From Vicugna vicugna (taxonomy: Eukaryota): a stretch of DNA of 20,394 nt. Below, piece after piece: positions 11,470 through 20,394 of this stretch. How positions within the stretch are numbered: the stretch's first letter is position 1; each line of letters begins with the position of its first letter. Location of the stretch: contig MU058065.1 of the NCBI GenBank assembly GCA_013265495.1, forward strand, positions 10,643,720 to 10,664,113. The letters run 5' to 3'. A model generated the notes under the pieces. The model made no database searches. It was not told where the DNA came from and worked only from the letters and a program-made list of their open reading frames with translations. Made by a program: the position numbers and the translations under genes.

Positions 11470-12060
11470 ACCCATGTGTGAGGGATGGAAATTCAAATGA
11501 AAGGTACTTTGGCAACATCTAGGGATATTACATAGTTACATTTTTTTTAGTGGTCTGCCTTCTAAAAATCAATTCTAGAGACAGGTTCTTAAAACATGGT
11601 AAGCTTTTAATTGTAGTGCTGTTAATAATAACCAAAATACAAAGTGACCCAGAATTTTCACTAGGGACTAGTCAACAAAAGATGATACATTTTTAAGAAT
11701 GGGTGCTATGAAAAGAAATGAGAGATACCTTTTACATATTACTTTGTCTTTGGTTTTCATCGGGGAGTAATTTTGCCCACTCCTATGACACATCTGAAAC
11801 CATTTTTGATCGTTAGAACTTAGCGTTCCTGCTGACATCTAGTTGGTAGAGGCCAAGAATGCTATTAATCATCCAGCAATGCATAGGGCAGTCCCTAAAA
11901 ACAAGGAATTATCCAGCTCCTAATCTCAGTAGTGCCAAGGTTGAAAACTCTTTCTCCATGGTATCCACACCAGGATAAAACTTTTAAGTAAGAAATACTG
12001 TGGTGGAGAATAACGTGAATAGTATGTTATCACACACAAAAATGCACACTTTTAAAACTT
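11470..12060 (+). mobile_element. Old L1M (L1ME/L1MC-like) 3' fragment split by MER20
   Basis: gtactttggcaacatcta, ttaattgtagtgctgttaataataaccaaaa and gctatgaaaagaaatgagagata lie before MER20; ttaagtaagaaa...ggtggagaataacgtgaatagtatgttatca lies after it. Confidence 0.55.
11748..11951 (+). mobile_element. MER20 (hAT-Charlie MITE)
   Basis: tggttttcatcggggagtaattttgccc...ctgacatctagttggtagaggccaagaatgcta...aatgcatagggcagtccc...aaggaattatccagc...tagtgccaaggttgaaaactct follows the MER20 consensus end to end, about 205 bp. Confidence 0.9.
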
Positions 12061-14374
12061 AAAAAAATTGAGGACAATTTATAAGTTAAAAAAATAAATA
12101 AAAACTTGGATTGGAAGGAAGGAAAAGGATGGAGAACAAGGATAAAGATATAATCCTTTGAATAGTACTTTATTTCATTTTTGCGTAAAAAGACCAACTA
12201 CCGAAAAATTGAAATAAAAAATTCAAGATTAAATGATTGTATGAAATGTTAGATTTTGCTTATAAGAAATAATCTAGAAAGAGTATGTCTGATAGATTGG
12301 AAGAAAATAGAGAAACTACTGGATACCTTAATCAGTGAGATTTTAGTATTTTGTCTTATTGTTGTTTTTATAAAGTTTGAATTCACATGAAGGAGTTACA
12401 GACACAGAGCTTGATGCCATTAAGTGCAACGAAGAATTTGATAGAACTAAGGTTCAGAGAACAAAGGAGGGACTAGAATTAAGAAAGAAAGTAACCTTAG
12501 AAAGGGAAGAGGAGGAAGTAGGCTTACCCCTCATGTTAGATTGGAGACAAAGGATAAAGACATAAAGGCACTTGGAGGTGAAGAGGCTGTCAGATGAACC
12601 TGATGTTTTAGGTAATATATTGAAGGTGAGGAAATGAAGATTAGATTGTGAATTTGAGAAATGTGAAGTTTGTGTGGATCCAGGGATATTTAGTGAATTA
12701 GAAAAAAATTTCAGTTTCTAAATATTTTTGACATAAATGATAAGGAAATCTGAATAGTATCACTTTTTCTGGCAGCCAATGTAGAGCATCTACTTAAGTA
12801 AACTGTATAGAAGAGAGAGAGAGATGTAAGAAGACATTAAATTGCCTTTTCCCCACTATGCCAATTGTTTTTAATATCTGCCTCTCTCTACTCCTTTCTA
12901 TTTGTTTAGCAAACATTTTATCCAATATATATTTATATGAAACAGAAACTCAAGAGCATATGAGTATATCAAATATATATTTATATATAGTACAATTATA
13001 TAGCAATCCTGAAATATTATGTCTACTTCTGAGTGACAAAAATGAGCATGTATTATAGCATTTATATAAGTATTTCTCATAAATAACAAAATCACAGAAG
13101 TCCATAGTAACTCCTGCCTTTTTCTTGAGTTCTCTTTATCAGTTAAGGTGCAGGTTAATAGGAATCACTGAGTATTTGAAAAATTTCCCAGAAAGTTATT
13201 TACCAAAGTAAGATGTTCAGTTCAAGCTTAAATAAATTGTTTTTGATTGTTGTCTTTGTTCATCACACTCTGATGACAATGCTTGCAAAAAAATCCACTG
13301 ACTTAAAAGTTGTAATTTTGTCACTAGATCACTAGATGGTATACAGTTTAAGGAAATCTGAATTAGGAAATGTGTGCAACAATGACTTTATTATCCAATA
13401 CTAATACTAACTTTATTCATTAAATTATATTATTTCCCCTCAAATAAATATTATTCAATTACTCCCCCAATAAAATATTACTACAGAATATTTTTAACAA
13501 AGATTATAAAATCTTCCTATTGTTATATAGTCAAATAATGTTTTTTTCAGATTTTTAATTAAATATTAAAGCATATCATTTTGGTTTATAATTTGTTGTA
13601 TATTATCAGATATACTTTGGTATATAATTAATAAAAATGCTATCTGCTAGGATACCTCTAAAAGCATGAATTTTAGATTCGCTAGTTTTTCAAATACTAC
13701 AAGATATAATTATACTAATATTTAAAACTGATGTCCAATTTGATATTATACTTTTAATCATAAGCATTCTCCAGGCTAAATCATTTCAGATTATCATAAG
13801 AAGAGTCCTGACCTTTCCTCACTTACTAACTGAACTATGTTGATTAATGTTCTAAGCCTACTAAAACATTAAGAAAACTGGACAATCAAGAATATCTGGG
13901 GATATCAAAAATGAAAAAGTTATATAATTGAGTAGTTGTGAAATTTATTAAATATATTACAGACTATAAACATGAAATTGATTAGTTTAGCTAAGCATTA
14001 AAGCAATTTTCAAAATCTCTTTATAGAGTTAGAACATTTCTCTTCTTATTCAATACCCATTGTGCATATGTGAGCTGTTTATATGGATACTTTTTCATGG
14101 TGAAATTGTAGAAAATGCCTTTGATATGCAGAAAAAATTATTTGAGGCTTAATTATCTAGGAAAATGGAAATTGAAATGATAATACTAATTTGAAAGTAA
14201 ATAATTTAAGAAGAATACCTGGGGTTGGTATTAATCCTCAAATTGATTTTTAAAAATTTGTTCTCATTCATCAACATAAACTTGTGTGGACTTCTGATTT
14301 TAGCCAAGATGAAGTGGTCACATTTTTTCCATTTCCACTCTCTTCCAACTAACAAAATGAATAAAAGTCCTGAG

Positions 14375-14612
14375 TATAACACAACAAATGTGTTAAAACT
14401 ACATAGAACTAAATACACACACATATGTTTCATACTGATGAAATCTGAATAGGTAGATGGATTGTATCAATGTCAGTTTCTTGCTTGTGGTATTTTACTG
14501 TACTTACTCAAGATGTTACATTGGGAGACACTGGGTAAAGGATATATGTTATTTCTCTTGCAGTCTCATTTCCTACAAAAGCATGTGAATCTACAATTTT
14601 TGCTAAAACAAA
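14375..14612 (+). mobile_element. L1MD/L1MC-like 3' UTR end
   Basis: catagaactaaatacacacaca...tgaaatctgaatag...tggattgtatcaatgtca...caagatgttacattgggagacactgggtaaagg...gcatgtgaatctacaatt matches the old L1M 3' terminus. Confidence 0.8.
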
Positions 14613-14676
14613 CAAACCAAAGGTGTGTGCTGGATTATGCATTTTATTTTATTGATTTAAAATTATATATTTTCTT

Positions 14677-15356
14677 TATTTATTATTTTTACTTTTTTAA
14701 CATTTTTTAATCGAGTTATAGTCAGTTTTTAATGTGTCAATTTCCAGTGTGGAGCACAATTTTTCAGTTGTACATGAACATACATATATTCATTGTCATA
14801 TTCTTTTTTGCTGTGAGCTACCACAAGATCTTGTATATATTTCCCTGGGCTATAAAGTACAATCTTCTTTATCTATTCTACATATGGCTGTTTGTATCTA
14901 CAAATTTTGAACTCCCAATCTGTCCCTTCCCACCCCCTGCGCCCTTGGCAACCACAAGTTTGCATTCTATGTCTGTGAGTCTGTTTCTGTTTTGTATTTA
15001 TGTTCTTTTTTTTTTTTTTTAGATTCCGCATATGAGCAATCTCATATGGTATTTTTCTTTCTCTTTCTGACTTACTTCACTTAGAATGACATTCTCCAGG
15101 GACATCCATGTTGCTGCAAATGATGTTATGTTGTCATTTTTATGGCTGAATAGTATTCCTTTGTATAAATATACCACATCTTCTTTATCCAGTCATCTGT
15201 CAATGGACATTCAGGCGGTTTTCATGTCTTGGCTATTGTAAGTAGTGCCGCTATGAATATTGGGGTGCAAGTGTCTTTTTGAAGTAGGGTTCCCTCTGGA
15301 TATATGCCCAGGAGCGGGATTCCTGGGTCATATGATAAGTCTATTCCTAGTATTTT
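14677..15356 (-). mobile_element. Young lineage-specific LINE-1, 3' part (ORF2 C-terminus + 3' UTR + A-rich tail)
   Basis: Minus strand translates as LGIDLSYDPGIPLLGIYPEGTLLQKDTCTPIFIAALLTIAKT*KPPECPLTDDWIKKMWYIYT...FAATWMSLENVILSEVSQKEKEKYHMRLLICGI* with the stop at 15019-15021. It is followed by a 3' UTR containing a G-rich tract and an A-rich tail. Confidence 0.95.
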
Positions 15357-15530
15357 CAAAATTACAGTGAAGCATCACCTCACACCAGCCAGAATGGCCA
15401 TAAGGCAAAAGTCCACAAATGACAAATGCTAGAGAGGCTGTGGAGAAAAGGGAACACTCCTACACTGCTGGTGGGAATGCAGGTTGGTGCAGCCACTGTG
15501 GAAAACAGTATGGAGATTCCTCAAAAGACT
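15356..15530 (+). mobile_element. Inverted 5' segment of the same L1 (ORF2 cysteine-rich/zinc-knuckle region), pseudogenised
   Basis: Plus strand translates as [56 protein letters not shown], the ORF2 segment immediately upstream of LGIDL.... The conserved W codon has become TAG. Confidence 0.93.
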
Positions 15531-16172
15531 ATATATGTTTTCTTCTCTAACTTTAAACATGGTATCTAGCATTTTCCAACTTTTAAATAACTTTCTACTA
15601 TTTTACTTACCTCTTTTGTAAAATGTAGGTAATAGTAATATATTTAGAGTAGTATCTTGCAAAAAAATAAAACTGTTAGTAATTATTGTGTATCTGTATG
15701 CCAAGAATTATAGCTTGGTGTTGGTTTTACAGAACTTTAATATTTTATATTTTGCATTACCACCATTCAGAGTAATGCCTAATGTTTAATAGATATTCAG
15801 TATCTTGGCATAGAAAACAAAGTTATGAGTGAAAAACATGCTATTTCTTTTTTTTTCTTTTTTGGGGTCCTCTAGTGTAAATCCTTAGAGCCTTTGATTT
15901 AACTACCTTTTGGGTTCTGACTTTCTGCTAAATTACAATATATATTTTTGTTGTGTTGTTGAGTACTGTTTACTGCACTTATTTTTAGACCCATACTTAG
16001 AATTGTAGCATTTTATACACACTGTATATACCTGTACATCTGTATCTTTAATATCAACTTATTAATTAAATCCAATTGCTATTCCCTGGCAATTGAGAAA
16101 TATGATGTAGAGAGCAGTAAAGTAATTGTGGTGCAATTTCCATGTTAAAGAGAGACAGAAGCTGGATTAAAG

Positions 16173-16383
16173 CACTGATGTGCTAGTAAATGTTGAACAA
16201 CCAGCTGTCTGGAATGGGAGTGGAGAATCGCTAGGGAAGATCCCTGAGTTTATAACTGACTTCCCTGCTACAGATACTCTCATCATGGACAATTCCAAGG
16301 TACCTTGCTGAACACAGAGATGGGAAGAAATGTGAACAATTAGATCTCACAAATTGGTACAAGCTAGCTCTAGCACACCAATG
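16173..16383 (-). mobile_element. MER63A-like hAT-Blackjack MITE, full length
   Basis: Termini cactgatgtgctag...ctagcacaccaatg are imperfect terminal inverted repeats of the CAGTGGTGTGCTGG type. Internal gtaaatgttgaacaaccagct and gatgggaagaaatgtgaacaatt match MER63A. Length about 210 bp. Confidence 0.8.
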
Positions 16384-17681
16384 AATCAGACCTGCTTCTT
16401 TAACTTTACACGTTGCACACAATTTTGACATGCCTAATTCAGCATCCTTAATTTTACTTATCTATTCCTAATAAGTCCAGTCTTGCTCAATTCATGATGC
16501 TAAAAATGTACATTAAAGGAGAAAAATAATGATTTTACTCTACTGGCAAGAATTTCTTCTTCTTATTTAGGGATGAAATGAATGAATGAAACTGCCTGCA
16601 ATATTTATACCATGTCATATTCATTTGAATGTTTCACTGTTAAATGAAATGAAACTGGATATCTATCTATCCATCCATGTGGCTGCACATACATACATGT
16701 ATTTACTCCTGTGACTATATAGTAGGGAAAATCTCTATAAATACGTTTATTTGGAAGCAGAATACATACTTGGGAATTATACCAAAGATACCTTTAACAT
16801 CATTCACTTGAAAACAGTGGGCAGTGCACTTAAAATTACCTCATTAGTTTATTTTTCACACTTTTCTTCAGTAATATTTTCTAGTACTAGATAAATCTTT
16901 GATAAGAACTATGAATATGTTAATAAAATATTTAGTAAATCAGTAATAATGCTTTTATACGATTAGTTATTGCCACCATTGGCAGTAATTTTCTGTTAAT
17001 TTCATATTTAATTCAGCTTACGGTTATTTTTGTAGTTGATTTTTTGCCCTGAGAAAAACGCTTCCAAACATCTTGCTAACATTTTAGCTGAAATTTTGAG
17101 GAAAATAAGTTAATGCAACTGTTTCTAGCTCTATCCAAACATTTTGCTCTCTATAAATGTGTGATTTAATTGTTCTGTCACTGAGGACTTTTTGTTTCTT
17201 GTATAAAAACTGAGAAGTTTGAAAAATTATTTTTGTTTTAAATTCTTTAGTACTGGAAAAATAAAAGCTGTTAGCCAATTGTTCTCAGTTGTTTAATCCC
17301 AAAGTTTTCCAAGTGATTCTTGGAGTCCAGATGTTCCTGTGGTTCCTTGGAGGATGGAGAGACTCACCACATGATGAATTCTTGCTTTATTAATTTTTAA
17401 ATATATGTAAGTCCACTTGGATATAAACTTGGGTTGCTGACATATAAGTAGTTTAGAGAGTCAAGTGAAACTTTTCAATTTCATATTCCTTTTTATTTCA
17501 TACTTAATTTCCAGCATGAAGCTGATTAAATATATTTTCTTTATAAAGAAAACAGACCACTCTAGGGTTCCAAGCAAGCATCAGTGAAAACAAAGGCATC
17601 AATGTTTTCCATTAGTCAATCTTAGTGTAGTAACTTAAATTCAACCTCTTTGTAAATAGTTCTATAAAAGTTTGTTACCTA

Positions 17682-17732
17682 TTAAGTTGTCTTCTTTTAT
17701 TTTTTTAATTTTTTTTAAGTTGTCTTCTTTTA
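17682..17732 (-). mobile_element. Solo poly(A) retro-insertion flanked by an 18-bp direct repeat
   Basis: ttaagttgtcttctttta at 17682-17699 and 17715-17732 surrounds about 15 nt of mostly T. The minus strand shows TTTT/AAAA at the outer junction. Confidence 0.7.
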
Positions 17733-18049
17733 AAATGATTGCTAAGGGCTATATAAAAGACATAAAACCAATGGAATATTTATTTTTATTGAACATAATC
17801 TCAGCTAAATAATTAGCCTGTTGTTTCTAGGTTTTATTCCAGACTCTTCAAACTAAGTTGGATACTTCTTTTATGACACTTAAAAAATTACAAATAGTTA
17901 TAAGTATTTGTGTATAAGATTGCAGTTTTGCTTGAGGAGGCATTAATAATTTTTTTTCAACTAAGGAAGCTTTTTTGGAGTAGGGACATGTTCCATGCCC
18001 ATAACTCAACTGTAGTTCACTGTCAACATTGTATGAAAAGAAAGGGAAA

Positions 18050-18160
18050 GAAAGATGAAGTAAAAAGTAAATGTGGCAAAGTTGTGAATCTGGGTGAAGA
18101 ATTCTTGGGGCTCCATCATACTATATCTGTAACTTTCCTAGTTTTAATTTTTTTCAAACT
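18050..18160 (+). mobile_element. Old L1M (L1MC4/L1ME-like) 3' terminal fragment
   Basis: aagtaaatgtggcaaagttgtgaatctgggtgaag...catcatactatatctgtaactttcct...ttttttcaaa resembles the L1M 3' terminus. Confidence 0.65.
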
Positions 18161-18509
18161 ACAATTCCCTTCAAAATGGAATAGAGAAATGGTATTACAG
18201 TATGCTCATGCTGTTTGTTTGGCCCTAGCTCTAGCCTTTGTGATGTGTTGATAGTTTGTTAAGGTTAGACATGAGGGCCATGGGCAGAACTAGAGATATG
18301 CGGACATAGCTGATCCAGCAAATCATTGAGACAGTTCAGAGGATGAGTTTCTGGATCAGGACATATAAGTAATTTATGTTTAAAATGTGAGATAAATTGG
18401 GGAATTAATAATGAATTGACAAGAGATGATGAGTCCAGGCAAATCTTGTTGTTAAGTAGACCAGAAGGAACTAGGCTTTTCTCAGAGCAAGGAGGAACTA
18501 CTGGAAGGA

Positions 18510-18745
18510 AACCGGGAACTCAGGAGCTCTGAATTTCAGTCATTGCACTATCCCTGTGCCTAGTTGCAATTTTGTTACTTAAGGATATCTTTTTAGAATG
18601 CGAGGGCTATTAACTTCTCTAAACATCAGTTTCCAACATTAGTTAAATAAGAATAGCAATACCTAGTTAAATGAATTCTCGGAGGATTAAATGAAACAAT
18701 TAATGTATGCCCAGGACCTACCAGAGTCTGTAGGCTCCTAAAATA
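18510..18745 (+). mobile_element. MIR SINE remnant
   Basis: ttaacttctctaaacatcagtttcc...aataagaatagcaatacct...ggaggattaaatgaaacaat matches the MIR core and 3' region. Confidence 0.65.
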
Positions 18746-20394
18746 GTATGTCACATTGAGATACTGTCTACAATTCTCAGCATTGCACATTGGAAAACCC
18801 CAGTGGGTCTTATTTTTCTAAATGCAGTAAGTATAAGACACTTTCATAAGGATGTTTTATATTTTACAATCTAAACTATTGTTTTATGTTGTCTAAATTT
18901 GTATTTCTTGTTTCTGTTTTTGGAATAGTTCAGAAGCAAAATCATGGAGTTTAGAAATAAGTCAAAATGTTTATGGACGATTTAGGGGAAATCATTATGT
19001 CTCTAACCTTTAAATGTCTATTTTTCAATATGAAATGACAGACAAATGATCTATCAGCATATGCTCAAGGACTTTAATTTTTGTGATACCACATTTTAAA
19101 AATACTTTGCATATTCATATTCAGATATTAATATATCTTGAATATATTAACTTTTCTCCTAGGCTTATAGTACTAAATGGTTGCCAAATCAGAAAATAAA
19201 AAGTAACCATAATAATAATCTATATTCTACAAAGGAGACAGTAGGATTTATTTTTAATCAATATTTTATCATATCATTAATTCCTGTTTTCCTTCTAGAT
19301 TATATTATATTAAAAATAGTATGTTTACAAAATTTTTCTGCTCTCTTTTCTCTGATTATTAAGACTAGAGTCACCACTGTTTGAGTCTCCAGTTTGAGAT
19401 GCTCCTCTAAACATTTCTCTACATCAGGATAACTAGGAATAGAAGACAGTAGAAGAAATAAAAATGCAGTAACAATACATTTTATGGTTTTATAATTGTA
19501 CTTATTTTCTCATAAATTTGTTATGAATATAATTATTTAAAACAAGTCAACATAAATCTGACTCTTCAGGTCCCAATGTGAGTTTAATATTCACATGAAA
19601 AATACTGATGATTGACTGTCCCCAGGTGAGGGCATTTAGGCATGCTGACTATATTATATGATAACTACACCCATTGTTTTTTCCTTTTTTTCATCAGAGA
19701 GGAATAATTTTGCAGAAATAGATTTAGCTCTATTGTAATTCAGATTTCTAGTAGTTTATAACTACCATCTGCTTCGATGGCTATATTTCATGCACTGAAA
19801 AATATGTATACCAAATAGACTTGGTTTAGTTTACTATCTCTACTGTCAGAAAGGAACACCTATCTGAATAGAAGGGGTATTTGCCCAGTATGTTGTAGGG
19901 TTGAACAGCTATACAAAGTGAGGCAAACAAAACTCATGTTTCAATTAATCATGCAATTTATCTTATCAAATATGTGCCTAACTTACTGGACTAATTGAAA
20001 TAAACTGATAATGTAAGAAATGTTACTATTTCCTTAACTTTATTTAAAATGTGTAAGTTACACTTAGTTTTGGTTCAGAAGATTAAACTATGATGATAGT
20101 CTCCACTGGGTAATGATATGAAAAGAAACTGTATAGCAGAATTTGTTTATGATCATTTTTCTTGACTTTTATCTATACATTAAAATACTAAAGTGATCTT
20201 ACTCTGAAACTATTAATATTTTGTGAACACTAAAATAATTATAAAATAACTATGATTCCTGAAGACCTAATAAAAAGTTTTGTTGTTTACTACAAATCTA
20301 GAATAGACTTCAAACAAGAAAATAGGAAGAAAAAATATAAATAATGTTGTAGAAAATTATACTTTATAACAAGAATTCCTTCAGAATATATTCT

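Noticed and set aside
12380..12720. Purine-rich stretch with a 62-aa E/K-rich ORF
   Set aside because: No convincing splice sites; probably a decayed ancient LINE or compositional bias, and the family could not be assigned.
273..19384. All ORFs in the supplied track as protein-coding genes
   Set aside because: They are short (60-113 aa), biased to F/I/L/Y/K as expected from AT-rich DNA, show no recognisable domains, and many lie inside repeats (9502-9788 in the LTR, 14462-15022 in L1 UTRs, 16231-16431 in MER63A, 17910-18251 across L1M).
19560..19635. Exon or recursive splice site (ttcag|gtccc...ccccag|gtgagg)
   Set aside because: Stops in all frames and weak polypyrimidine tracts.
1..20394. 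Novel prokaryotic, phage or defence system
   Set aside because: No gene-dense coding structure or operons; the repeats are eutherian (MIR, L2, L1, MER20, MER63).

Overview
This is very AT-rich, CpG-depleted mammalian non-coding DNA (intronic or intergenic), not microbial sequence. A tRNA-Ala-derived SINE of the Vic-1 type, together with the 3' UTR style of a young LINE-1, points to a camelid (camel, alpaca or llama). I recognise no protein-coding gene, RNA gene or CRISPR array, and the listed ORFs look spurious. The window is a mosaic of repeats: a young 5'-truncated, 5'-inverted L1; a SINE with a target-site duplication (TSD); a solo poly(A) insertion; MER20 and MER63A hAT MITEs; an LTR33/LTR41-like solo LTR; and old L1M, L2 and MIR remnants. 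Several unique-looking stretches carry candidate splice signals, notably a possible 18-nt microexon near 10.5 kb with a downstream acceptor, but these are unconfirmed. Repeat family names come from recalled consensus sequences, not a database search. I find no convincing evidence for a novel biological system.
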